Shown here piece after piece: positions 37,817-50,274 of a DNA stretch of 64,000 nucleotides. Where the stretch lies: positions 1,875,918-1,939,917 of the forward strand of contig MU004188.1 of the NCBI GenBank assembly GCA_010093605.1. The letters run 5' to 3'. This DNA comes from Lophium mytilinum (Eukaryota). Made by a program: the position numbers and the translations under genes. How positions within the stretch are numbered: the stretch's first letter is position 1; every line of letters begins with the position of its first letter. Below the pieces are notes generated by a model, which was given only the letters and a program-made list of their open reading frames with translations, made no database searches and was not told where the DNA came from.

Positions 37817-39120
37817 TCCTGCTGACCTTTGCTTCGTGCTCATACATGTGTGGGCAAAGTCCGTGGGCAGTTGAGATAGGAAATCTCTTCGATAGGACAT
37901 GTTACGCTTGATGGCAGCAAAATATAGTCTACCTTTCTTAAATCTTCGTATCTCATCCTGATCCCAGAAGTGCATCGAAGGACACCGACTGATGATAGCA
38001 CTAATCATAGACAGACATCCTCTCGGTGCTCTTCGCCATCAGGTCAAGCCGAAGTAGAGGATCGTGGATAATCAAAGGTGCTTACCACCACTACTGCCCA
38101 TATTCCTCCCAACCAAACACTCCCATGAAAGTAGCTTCCGTTTGTTTTTCAAAACCCTCCACTCCAACCACTCATCAAGCGTCTTACAAGAATGTCTGAT
38201 ACCCCCAACAGGCCGCAGCCATGGACGGAATATAGCTCCAGTTTTACTCTCCCCTGAGGCAAACCACCCCCCACAGACCCCAGCCATTCAGCCTGAAGAA
38301 GGCATGTTTTACTCCCCCGTTCCCAAACCACCTTGCAGACCTCAAAAGCTGAAGCGGGAGGAGGTTTTATACCCTCAGCGGAAGAAAACGTTTGTGGATT
38401 ACTCAGCTAGCACATGACTGGCGTCGGGTGCACATGATCGGAGGAGAGGTTAAGTAGACACCTGAGGAGTGCTAGGAGACAGGCCTTAGGCATCCGTTCA
38501 AGTTGGGTGGTATTCGTCGTTTGACGAAGTGGATGAAGATGCGATGAGGTTGTCTGGGGAAGCTTAACGTGTTTCCTGGTGGATAGTAAAGCTTCACTCA
38601 GACCTAGTTTAGAGATGATGAAATGGGTCGAAGCACCGCAGACAGTACCAGACGACGGTGCACACCTAAGGTTACCGGTAGTCGTGATCCAGAATGAATC
38701 CCGCCTACATATGAGCAGTTTGAGGTAGTAATGAGTCCGAATATTCCCATCCAGCCTTTCTCGATATGTGTACGCCTGTCCAACAACGTCTAAGGTAGCT
38801 CAGCTCGTCTTCAGCTTCCCCAAAACAATCCAGTCCAAATTCACGAAGACATGTCAAAGCCCCTATGACGGTGGCAAGGAAGTGCACACACACTGACTTG
38901 GATCGAACTGTAGTATGATTTTCCACTGACCAGGTATTCTAAAAAGCAGCCCCCACATAGGTATTTCAAACTCCCCGGCCCGGGACTATCCTGATCGTTC
39001 AGGAGGCAATGGCCCAGCCCATAATCAAACGCCACGCTCCATGCAAGTGCCAAAGCTATAAACAGTTGTTGAAGAACCCCCAAAACAAGACCAGAGAAGT
39101 ATGTCCGCTTCTCCTCGCGA

Positions 39121-41254
39121 TCACCGCAGCTTCAGAGCTTTCTTGCTCTTGTCGTAGACGACGTAAGTGATCGACACAGCTGGTACGACCTTGAGCAAAT
39201 TCGGTGTAAGCCCCTTGAACAGGCCGCGAACGCCCTCGCCTTTGATGGTCTGGCGCGTGACGTCCACGATGCCGGTGTAGGTGCGTGGATGTAAGACTGT
39301 GCCTTGGCTCTGCAAGCGGGTCCGGAGGAGGTTGAGGGGATAAACGGCGGAGGCTCCGAATGCGCCGCTGAAGGCGCCCATTGCTGCTGTCATGAATCCG
39401 CCGGGTTGAGCGTCGTCTTCGTGGCAGCCGCGGATGCGGGCGTTGCGGCTGGCCATCGCGCGCTTGAGGTACTCGAATGTGCCGAGATCGAGGGCGGCGT
39501 AGGGGAAGATGCCGAAGAGACCCATGGGGAGACCGCGATAGAAGGCCGGGATGCCGCCGTTGCGCCACATCTTCAGGGAGGTGTCGATGATGAGGGCGTT
39601 GCCGCGAAGGCCGCCCGCAACTGTGTCGCATTGCATTCGGCTGGCGCGTGTTAGTTTGAGCTAGATGGAGGAAGTACTGGCAGGGACTCACAATTTGACG
39701 GTGTCGAGCGGGTAAATGGCGAATCTAAGACGTCAGCATTGTGCGACAGTGGCCGGCTTGGAAGACATACTGTGAGACCATGCCTGCGACACCACCGGCG
39801 AAGAATTTCGACCACGAATGGATCTGGCTGGGGTCGTTGTGACCCTCGAACCTGGCGAAGACACGCTTGGCCGCCTGCGATGGTCAGCGCGAGTTTTGAA
39901 GAGATGAGTTTGAGGTCGAGTCACATACCTCGTAGGATCCGAATTTGATGGCCGACTCGGGCATGACCTTCACGACGTTCAAGCCATTTCCTATGAGAGT
40001 CAGTCGAGGTCGCGCGGATCGAAAGTGAGGAACTTGCCTGCGTAGAGACTCCTGATGCCGCCTGCCGCCCACAGTTCCTTGGTCGCATTCGCCAGTGGTC
40101 GCCATGAGTTCTGCGCGGCCTTTACAAAAGCGCCCGTCTTAGCTGCGTGGACGGCTTCTTTTGCGACGCCGGTCTGCGCGATGAGATAGACCTTGAGCCT
40201 GTCGAGAGGAGCGGTCGCGGTGCGAGATACGATGCCAGCGAGGCCTCCCGCCACAAAGTAGCCTGGATTGGGGACACACGAGATCAGCGATTGCCACAAG
40301 TAGTCCCGAGTCCATATGGTCTGCGAGTTGACGGGAGGGTAATGTGTTGGCGAGTCCAGCTCGGGTGGGAGGGTGTTCACGTCCAGCGGAAAGGTGGAGA
40401 GATGCGAAGCTTCGTACGATTCGTACATGTCTGCGGAGTCGAACGGGGGATGTATGCGTTGCGGTGGTGTCTTTGCGATGGAGATGACGGAGCCGAAGAA
40501 AAGGTTAAGAAAGAACGGTATTATACCTAAGCCTGTAACAGAGTCGTCGCTAATCTGTACGTCACCCTCCAAGTTCACCTTTAACGTGGATGAAAAGTAA
40601 GAGAGGACCGATTTTAGGTTGGGTGCGGTGGCCGGTATGAAAAGTAAAAAGTCGCTACCAAAGATTAGCGCGAGCTCTTCCATCCCACCGAGGTTGAGAC
40701 GCAACCCACCGCCATTCGTCGAAGCTTATGCATCCGTCGTGGTTCGTGTCTACCTCGTCGAAGAAGACGTCGAGTTTCGAGTTGGGTACGGCCAAGCCGG
40801 CCTGCGAAAAGGCGGCTTTCAGCTCGTCCTTGGAGAGCTTGCCGTCACCATTATGATCAATGCTCCGGAAGAGATGCCACAGCTCCTTTTCTGTCTGTTT
40901 CACGAAGGACCGAAATTCTTTGGCATGCCGAGGTCAGCGCGTTGTTATGAGAGGGTTGGCGGAGAAAAGCCGCAAGCCGCTGGCTGACCATTGTACTGGA
41001 TGTTCCCGTCGCCATCCGTATCTACTGTCTTGAGGACGTCCACGAGCAGATGATCCGCGTTCTTGAGCGCTGTCGTGCAGTCAGTATAGTTAAGTACGTA
41101 GTATTGGCGTGAATTGCCGGCGTGCCGACATACGGTGATCGAGCTTCCGCAGGCCTCTCTTCAGTCCAGCCAGATCAATATGCCCCTGCTTCTTCGTGTC
41201 CAACGTCGCCCACAGCGCCTCGACGCGCGCGTCCTGGGCGTCCGCTGGCTCCAT
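39121..41254 (-). CDS. SAL1: Ca2+-binding mitochondrial ATP-Mg/Pi carrier
   Basis: EF-hands (DTDGDGNIQY, DHNGDGKLSKDE, DTNHDGCISFDE) followed by three carrier repeats (TAPLDRLKV, YPLDTVKF, YPLNLLRTRLQ). Several introns, one with a GC donor. Confidence 0.93.
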
Positions 41255-41894
41255 CTCTTGCAGAAAGGGGCCGTTATCTGAGGGGTATCATGGCTAATGG
41301 TGAGGGCGCGAGGGAGAGGATGCGTCGGCGCTGGCGGGCGCGTTGAATGGGGGCTCGTGGAAGTTGTGGGAGCATAAAAAGTGGTAAAAGGTGCGGCAGT
41401 GGGGCCTCGAGGTGGAGGTATGATGTCGCAAAAGGTTGGCAAGTCGTTTTCAGGGCCAAGCCGGTGCGAAACGGTCTAGCTCGCGGAGACACGGGCGAGT
41501 CAAGAGCTAGCGATTTGACAGCCCTACCAGCAACTCCAGGTCAGTCGTGGGGAGTGCTGACCATGCAGGAGTGGAAGTGACTGAGGCTCAAATCGTGTCT
41601 TGCATATTTGTTTGCCTGATTCCCGCCTCATTCGACTATTATTCAGCCTCAAGTCACGGCCTGAAGCCCCGAGGTCGGCCTTCTCAGCTGCCAACTACTA
41701 TCTTCAGCCATCAGCCTCACATGAACGTGACATATACGTCTGGTATTGGTATCCTTGGATAGTTCTTTCCTTTTCATAACTCCATACCGTTTCTTCTTCC
41801 ACATATGACTATCTGCTCTTCATGATATCATAAGAACACGTATCATGTCTGTACGCCTTCGACGACATCTCATTCTCCGATAACACCGCCCATC

Positions 41895-43211
41895 ATGGCA
41901 GCCAACTACTGGGACTCAACCCAGCGGAAATACTGGACTTTCACAAAGCAACAGCTTGCTCAAGAACGGCGAAAGAATGAAGAAGCAGATCGAGCTCTGG
42001 TGCAGCAGTTCCCCCTCCCAGACAGACGGTTGCTGAGCATCCATTTCAACCACCGTAAGAGCCATGCATCTCCCTTTCCACTATTTTTAGATTTACATCT
42101 CTACATCTACATGTCATTGCTTTTTCAAGACTGTCCCGATTCTGATTATCTACACGCAGAACTCTGCAAACTCGCCCGCCCCCTCGCCGTCCGCCAACAA
42201 GCCATCGCCACCGCCCAAATCTACGTCCGCCGCTTCTACCTCAAGGTCGAGATCCGGCGTACCAACCCTACCCTCGTGCTCGCCACGGCCTTGTACCTCG
42301 CATGCAAGATGGAAGAATGTCCTCAGCACATTCGGATGGTATTGGCTGAAGCACGGCACTGTTGGGGTATGTTCCTTACTCCCCCATTACTCCCATTACT
42401 CCCATTACTCCCATTACTCCCATTACTCCCATTACTCCCATTACTCCCATTACTCCCATTACTCCCATTACTCCCATNNNNNNNNNNCCCATTACTCCCA
42501 TTACTCCCATTACTCCCATTACTCCCATTACTCCCATTACTCCCATTACTCCCATTACTCCCATTACTCCCATTACTCCCATTACTCACCCACCCCCCTT
42601 CTAAACCACCAACGCCCCACCTAACCCAACCAGCAGACACAACCCTCACGGACACCTCCCGCCTCGGCGAGTGCGAATTCTCCCTCATCGCGGAACTCAA
42701 CTCCCAACTCATCCTGCACCACCCCTACCGCGCCCTCGCCGAATACACCACCACCTTCGCCCTCACCTCGGAAGAATCCGCCCTCGCGTGGAGCATCGTC
42801 AACGACCACTACCTCACCGACCTGCCCCTGCTGCACCCACCCCACGTCATCGCCGTGACCGCCATCTTCCTCGCCGTCGTGCTGAAGCCCGCGCAGGGCG
42901 GGCTGGGGGTCAGCGCGCAGGGGGTGCAGGGGGTGTTGCAGAGCCTGAGCGCGACGATGGGGGGCAGTCCCGGTCCCGGGCGCGCGGGGGCGGGGACGCC
43001 GGGGGGTTCGTTGGGAGGGGGTGGGCAGGCGGCGCAGACGCGCATGATGCGGTTGGTGGGGTGGTTGGCGGATAGTAGTGTGGATATTGAGGCGGTCGTG
43101 GATACGATGCAGGAGCTGTTGAGCTTGTATGAGATTTGGGAGCAGTTTACGAATAATTTGTGTAAGGATCAGATTGCGAAGTTTGTGAAGGCGAGGGGGT
43201 TGGATAAGTAG
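41895..43211 (+). CDS. SSN8: Cyclin C (Mediator kinase module)
   Basis: [52 protein letters not shown] and [14 protein letters not shown] motifs. Introns 42055-42159 and 42368-about 42636. Confidence 0.93.
   Translation: MAANYWDSTQRKYWTFTKQQLAQERRKNEEADRALVQQFPLPDRRLLSIHFNHRKSHASPFPLFLDLHLYIYMSLLFQDCPDSDYLHAELCKLARPLAVRQQAIATAQIYVRRFYLKVEIRRTNPTLVLATALYLACKMEECPQHIRMVLAEARHCWGMFLTPPLLPLLPLLPLLPLLPLLPLLPLLPLLPLLPXXXXPLLPLLPLLPLLPLLPLLPLLPLLPLLPLLPLLTHPPSKPPTPHLTQPADTTLTDTSRLGECEFSLIAELNSQLILHHPYRALAEYTTTFALTSEESALAWSIVNDHYLTDLPLLHPPHVIAVTAIFLAVVLKPAQGGLGVSAQGVQGVLQSLSATMGGSPGPGRAGAGTPGGSLGGGGQAAQTRMMRLVGWLADSSVDIEAVVDTMQELLSLYEIWEQFTNNLCKDQIAKFVKARGLDK
42383..42587. repeat. (CCCATTACT)n 9-mer tandem repeat inside SSN8 intron 2, spanning an assembly gap
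   Basis: At least 20 perfect copies. N run at 42478-42487. Confidence 0.95.
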
Positions 43212-45260
43212 GGGGAGGGGGAGGTGGGTGGAGTTGAGTTGATGGTTGGGGAGGGGAGAGTTGGGTGCATTGTGGGTTTCTTGCATAGCGAGTTTACTTT
43301 GAGAATGGATGGAGTGTTCTTCCGGATGCTACTATGGAGTCGAATTTTGGAGAAGATCAAGTGCTATCGGTGAGTAGGTTGTCTAGCAGGGGCGGCTCTA
43401 TGAGTTCGCATGGATAGTGTTCTAAAATTTCAAAGTCGAACGCATGCCCGATACTCGACCTCAGAGCGTTGATATCAGGAGTGCAGAAGAAGGCGTTTCT
43501 GTAATTACATAATCTTAATTCAAGGTCATGAGTCTATTGATATGACCGTATCTCTAGAACCTCGAATCGAGAAGAGTGATAGCTGTCGTGGATTCTTCGA
43601 TTCCAGACTGTAGCATTGACTCGATTGTTCTGATAGAAATACCTCAGGCATTGAAGTTTGAAGTGCGGTATCATGGGACTCGTTTCAGATAAAGACTTGA
43701 GCCAGGGGCCGGAAAAGAGAGGTTCTTGCAAGCTTTCCCACGACCAAAGCTTCTAATAAAGTGCTGACTTGAGCCAGTACCACGCAGATATGCAGTCAGA
43801 TTCGACCTGGGGATGCTCTCCCTCCCCTTGTCACTGGTTGGTTAGCATTGATATTGCTGCTTACGTCTGTACCTCCTCTTACAACTTCCTCCCCAGCGTG
43901 ACGCCCACTCTCCACAGGCTCGTGTATACCTGTCAATCCCCAATGCCCCACAGCCTGACGAAACAGACTCGCCGTTGGAGGTTCAGTGAACGGCCGTTCC
44001 AAGGTGCGGCAGTGTGTCACTTGGCTCGCCCTCGCCGAGCACAGACAGACGGCCCCTCCGCAGCGCTTGTATGTAGCCCAGCCCTGCCCTGCCTCTGAGC
44101 TAAAATTGGGGCGCGGTACCTGCGGCCTCGTCGCTGCGGTCCACGGAAATGCAGCATCCCTCCCTCCCAACATCGCCAGCAGCGGCAGCAGCCCTCAAAG
44201 CCCAGGCCCGGCGCTCTCCACTCGTTGCGCAACGCCCGCGGGAAGTTTTGTGTCGTCTGGCGCACGAGGGAGCAGGCTCGCGGTGTGGGTGGCCCGTCTG
44301 ACACAGCTCCATGCTCCCTCGAGCGTCTATCCGGCGCTTTTAGTGGGGCGGCGCGGCGCGCGCGGTTCGCTGTGCGAGGCAGCGATCGCCCGGTGCCAGC
44401 TCAGTCTTTGCTGGGAGGCCTGAGGATTGCAGCATCACCCTTCACCCGTGGGGACTGTGTGGCTACATGCAGAAAGCAGAGCAGCGAAAGCCGACCAAGA
44501 CGAGACGGGACGGCCGTGGCATGCAGGTCGCCAGCAAGCTTCTGTCGCCCAAGCCACGCCGCGTCGGGAAGGGCAGCCTGCGCAAAAAGGGCGGTCAGTC
44601 ACGCTGGAACCAACCCCCGGAGGCTGAGCTGGCGGCGGGCAAGTCGAGGCGTGCTTGGCTGCATTGCTCGTGTTTGGGGGCCCGGTGCCTGTCCCTGCGC
44701 GGCCCTGAGATGTTCTGTGCAGGTTTGGAGCTGCCTCAGGTCCGGGTGGGCAGATGTGGTGAAGATGGCGATGGGAATGCAGCGCTGGAGTCGGATGCTC
44801 ATCTGGTGATTGCGGCATCGGGACAGAAGCATCGAGGCGGGTGACGCTGGTCAAAGCAGCGCAGAGAGTCCGGCGCTAGTGCTGGCGATGCGCGCTGATT
44901 GGCCGTGGGCCCTGGCAAGTGGCGAGAGAAGTGGAGCCGGTGTCCAAGGTTTAACCAGCCCTCCTTCGTCCCTTCCCATCCTAAGTCAATCCCCGCCTCC
45001 AGTCCGCAGCCTTCCATCTCACCCACCTTCACCCTCACCCATCACCACCTGCATCACCGTCTACTCCGCCTCGCCCATCGCACCTCCACAGTAATATCTC
45101 TCCTCGCCCCGATCTCCTCCTTCTCGAACAACCTTATCACCCGCCGCATTGCCCTCGCCTCGCCCCTTTGTTTGGCTTTGTTGTGTCATTCCATCCGAAC
45201 TCGGCCCCCAACGAACCACGATACCTCCTGTCTCCCATCAACAACCATCGCAACTCCATC

Positions 45261-45930
45261 ATGTCGCAATACATGCCCTATCAGAGCCACCCGTCGCAGA
45301 TGCATCAGCAGCATTCATCGCACAACCACCACGGCGGCCGGTCGCGGAGGGCGCCGCGCATCAGCGCCTCGCACCAGCGCATGGGCAAGCAGATGCAGCA
45401 GATGTATCGCACGCCTAAAGAGGCCTACGTCGAGCCCCCTACTGTCACTGCCTTCCGCCGCGACTTCGAGGCCGCCCGCAGCTTCGACCTGGAAGATGAC
45501 GAGGTCTTCTGCCCCTTCCACCTGCTGACCGAGGACGACGTAAGTCTTTGTTTCCATCCGATGTCGCTTTCTCTCAAGCTGCATCGGATCTAACATCGTC
45601 AACCATGGGTACTGACTCACCCAGCTGCAATCAATCCACTCGTCAGGCTCTGACCGGTCGTCGCTGTCAAGCGGCAGCCCGGAGCAGTCTCCTCTTCAGC
45701 ACTCACTCCAGCCGACCCCGAGCTTCGTTCTGTCATCCGCGCCCAACCCATACACGCCCGCGTACCAGCCACAATCCTCGTCGCAAACCAAATTGCACCA
45801 GCCACTAGCCCAGCGCACCCGCAACGCCATCCCCATCGTCGATCCCTCAACCCGCGCCGTCGCCAGCCCGCCGCCATCAGTCTCGCCAAACAGGCAGATG
45901 GCGCAGCAGTTCATGTCGCGGCGCTGGTAA
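45261..45930 (+). CDS. Conserved fungal low-complexity protein (possibly DUF4452)
   Basis: FEAARSFDLEDDEVFCPFHLLTEDD, SDRSSLSSGSP and RNAIPIVDP motifs. One intron after EDD. Confidence 0.7.
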
Positions 45931-47443
45931 TCGCAGACGGCCCCGGCGGCCCCCATCTACATTCGATCTAATCTTCACATTCTGCGGTGCGCGCTGCGTT
46001 GCTATTAGACATCTAGTGGTTGTCTCAACAATCAAACATTTCCGGATTTCCGCCATTTAACTTCAAGATACCCTAGAGGATTCCCGACCATAATCTACCT
46101 CGATTTCTCACCTGTATAAAGCACCTATCCTCACCCACGACCCCAACGTTTATGGGAAATGTTACAACCACTTTGATACCATTATTATTGGGAGCAACGG
46201 CGTACTTTCGCGAAACTGTCTTACAGCGATAAACTCATTTCTTTCTAATACTGGATATGTGAAGAAACTAGAAAACGCATTTGGGGTGTCTGCTTTCCCT
46301 CTGTCTGCTCTCCTATCTATACCTCTCGTCTGTCTTCCTCGAGCGTTACGCATGATAACGGTGGGCTATGACTATATTACGGTGTTCTGTTTCCCTTATT
46401 TTCCTCCGGCTCAGGGCATGTTGGTGTTGTTGCGGGGATTCGCGATTTCGCATGGGATATCCGCGAATTGAGCGATGAAGCGAAGCGTTGTCAAGAAATC
46501 TATCTCGGTGTTTAACAAGAAAATACGGCAACGGGGATGTATCAATGGATCTGTTACCGGGTGGTGGGGGTTGTTGGATTGGGGTTCAAGATGCGCATTT
46601 CTCCAGAAAGACCAGCGTCTTTCTAGAGTAGAATTTTAGTTCTTGAGTCCTCTTCTTTATCTTCTTCGTATTTGCTTTTTACCGAGCGAGTACTCTTCTT
46701 GTTTTCCCTTTGTTGGGTCTGGCGGCGATGGCGCGAAATATCTAGCGGTCTTTTTGATCTGGGCTGGAAATACCAATTTACGGCGAGGTTGGCGGGTACG
46801 GGCTACGGGACGGCAACCGGCTGGAGCATTATGTTCGTGTGATTGTTTCGATCGGGCGATGGGCTGTATGGATGAAAGCTGAGGGTGGTGGGTGTCTTTT
46901 CGTTGTATAGTGGTGATGATTAGGGAATTCGCAATCGCTGCTTTTTATTCTTACACCTGTACCTGCGCATGTGAGACCCTGAAACGAAACTCACAGCCCT
47001 ACAAAAGTACCAGTCAGTTAGATGTGAGATGTAGCCATGGGTGAAAACGGGAAGTACCATGCCCGTACCAATACCATACAGCGAATCAGGTAGGACGTAA
47101 TCGAGCGCGATACGGCGCTATGACGACATCGCTGGGTGGACGACGGCGGCGGATGGGACGGAGCTTGAGCCGAGGATGTTACGGGCACAGCGATTCTCTT
47201 GGGCCACAGACCTCAAAACTTTCTTCAATTCGGGTTATCAGACTTGCAATTGACACCGCGTATTCATCTTCTACCGTCATCTCTCTCGCTGTTCCAAGCA
47301 AAGGAATACCTGTACCTAACCTTACCAAATATCAACCGGTCCTCCTCCCCGCACGAAGCTACAGCAGCTCCCCACCACACCAATTCGCGGGACCCAAAAA
47401 GCAAACCTTGAACCCTTTGACGATCACCTCGAAATCAACATCA

Positions 47444-47892
47444 ATGGCTTCTCTACGAGCTTTCACCCGCCGCACCCCGCTGCTGGCGAATTCCTATATC
47501 CAGCGTGTGGGGTTTTCGGGGAGTGCGAGGGTGATGGCTGGGAAGGAGAGTGCGCTTGGTACGTCCACTCCACTATCCCGCTATACCGCATGCAATTGTT
47601 ACTCCCCGGCTTGAGCTGGAGCAGCTGTCCTCTCAAACCGCACGCACTACCTTCATTGAGTATACTGGGCTAATTATAGTGCGTTGCAGGCAGCGAAGGC
47701 AGAGCGGAGGAGATCGATGAGCACAAGAGCGATGCGCTGAAGAAGCAGAAGGAGGGCAAGGGGGAGTGGAAGGATGCGTTGGCGAGTGATTCCGAGAGCA
47801 TCGTCAAGGCGGATCGGGGCGAGGTGGATGCGTCGGAGGAGACGATTCGGAAGTTGCAGGAGGAGACGAAGAAGGTGGAGGGGGGGAAGTGA
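47444..47892 (+). CDS. Small conserved fungal protein with a probable mitochondrial presequence
   Basis: Exons 47444-47558 and 47690-47892. Arg-rich N-terminus, then KQKEGKGEWKDALASDSESIVKADR. Confidence 0.75.
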
Positions 47893-50274
47893 GGAGGGGA
47901 TATGGGATACTAGTATACTGAGACCCCTTCCAAGCAGCGGGATGGTTGTACTCGATGCTGTTAAGTTTATGAAGAGCTCGACGAGCTTTGGGCGAAGGGA
48001 AGGTTGAGACCTGAGGGGAGGTTTCTAGGTTGTACTTTTTCCGATCGAATGCATGCATCGAGTCTGAATATCTCTCTACTTGTTCCAGTCCCGTTTCTCT
48101 TTGTAATGCTCACCGCTCGATCTTACTACAGCCCTCACGTGCTATTACATGTGCTCCTTGGCAGACTTTTCTTCTAGGTATATAACCTTCTTCCGCCTCT
48201 GCTCTCGTTTCTTCTTCACGGGTCTGGTGCTTGGATCAAAACATCAAACCAAAGAGGACGATGGAGGGGTTTGGGCAGACTGGGAGGCAGAAGTATCTGC
48301 ATAGCACAGAATGCTATGGTGCTGGGGGTAGGGGTGGTGTTCAACAACCAATCGAGAGATTCCATGGAGTGGTGGAGGTGGTGGAGCAAAAACCAGTCAG
48401 CCAAGTTTTACATGGAGGAAGCGGTGGTGTCAACAGTCCTGTGCCGGCACTGATGGGGGCGGTATCTTGGCCGATGATAGTGACGAGTAGCGTTTCAATT
48501 CAGTGGTAATGAGCAGGGTTTTAGGAGATAGTTGTGAGATGTAGGTTGTCTTATCGAAGGGCGTGATCAACACCAGAAAGGTTCCCTCCGATGGAAGACA
48601 ATGAAGGTTCGGAGCATCGAGCGAATGGTCATCAGACCGAAGCATGTAAAACGGCGAACGGACAGTTTGAAGTCCTGTGGTAACGTCTCAGCCTCCTTTC
48701 TAGTTTTCTTCTTCGCAGTTTCACATCTCGAGAAACTCGCTTTCGTTTCCCTCACTCCACCTCAAAACGAAACATGTCCGCAATTCCGTGCATCATGCCA
48801 GCGTAACTCCAAGGGCATGGCGAAGTCACATGCCTATCCTCCAGCCGATTCATACCCCAGCGACCAGAAAGTCACATGCGCATCCCGTGCCAGCTCTTTC
48901 TTTCGACTATAAAACCCCCTCAGTCTCCGTCCTGGATTTCTTTTCTGCGTCGGTGGAAGAGGGAGATTCGAGTAAACAGTCCGAATCAGTTCTTCCTATG
49001 GAGTCAGCGGTTTGGGAGTTCAAACAGTTCGAGAAACACTTCCATGGGGCGGGCGGTTCTGTGGTTGGATTGGGATTACAAAACGAGTCGCGGAACTCTT
49101 TCATGGTGCTGGTGGTGTTGGAGTCGGGGTTGAGGCAGGAGTAAGTGAGGGTGATGATGGAGAGCGCCTTCTCTCGTTAGTGTTGGCGAGTAGGAGTTTT
49201 AGCTTGCGGTTTTCGGAGTCATAGTAGAGTGATGGTGATGTTGCTCCTTTCCGCAAGGTCATGAAGATGCTTGGACATGTTGCTACTTTCCGCTTAATAC
49301 AAGCTCGGAAGGATTCCATCTCATGTCCTTCGTCAATTTCCATCTCTCATCTCTTTTCCCAAACCCACCACATTGTTCCTAACGTGGCACAGCCTCAAAA
49401 CGTGATATTGGCATACAACCACTCCCTTCTTAAAGGCTCGTTTAGCCATATCATATTGTGTTCATGTGCTTTTTCCACTTCTTGGCAGGATGTCGACTAC
49501 AAAACCATCTTCCACCCTATCTTCACGAACAAGATTTTCAAGGCTTCGATCAATGCAGCGGAGGTTGGGCAGAGCGTGTCGCAGGATCAACAACATCGCA
49601 CGAGCTTTTCTATGAGTGTAAACTCATCTCCATTCCCACCTCATGGGCTGCGGCGTGGTGACTTTGGTGCCGTCGACTTTTCGAACTCCCGGTGGTCTCT
49701 ATATCTATCTACTTTCGATGCTATTCGTCGTCCACGCTGAATCTTTTCTACCTTCAACCCTTCCCCGGACTCTGTGTCATTCAAAAGCTAAGGCGCTGCA
49801 CACCATCATCACTTTTTACTCTCTCTCTCCCTCTCTCCCCACCACCATCATCCTTTTCTGGTCCATATTTTCACCTCCCTCCCACCAACCACCCATGCGG
49901 CGTTGGCGGATGCCATGTTGAAACCACAGCCATTGCGTCGTAGTCGAGCAAGTGTTGAAGCACGTATAGCTCCACACACCATTTCCCCTCCCTTTGGCCT
50001 TGTGAGCTCCCCGGTCCAGCCAGACTTCTCCATGAAGTGTTCGACTAATTGCCTTGAGCGGGAAGCTCAAACCTTTCCCATGCCAGACAAAGAGAGTTGC
50101 GCGGAGGTGGATGGAGTTTTTATAGGAGGGAGGAGAAGGAGATTAGGGGGGAACACGTGAGAAGCACATGACTTAGGATGCGGTGGCCTGACTATAGTGG
50201 GACTTGGTGAACTAAGCGGAAGTGAATGCGGTATGGTCGGAAAAGGAGGTCATATTCCTTCTCGGAAGCAAGGT

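Noticed and set aside
42055..42159. In-frame stop-free SSN8 intron 1 (105 nt)
   Set aside because: Short enough to be open by chance, and retention would interrupt the cyclin fold.
42383..42587. Telomere repeat, or coding (PLL)n/(GSN)n/(PIT)n repeat proteins
   Set aside because: The unit is not TTAGGG, and the tract lies inside a GT-AG intron of SSN8. The repeat ORFs are by-products.
43769..45250. Many overlapping ORFs in GC-rich DNA
   Set aside because: No recognisable domain. High GC suppresses stop codons. Probably the promoter or 5' UTR of the gene at 45261.
48200..50160. Possible decayed gene or transposon
   Set aside because: The minus strand shows protein-like stretches broken by stops, but I could not assign any family.
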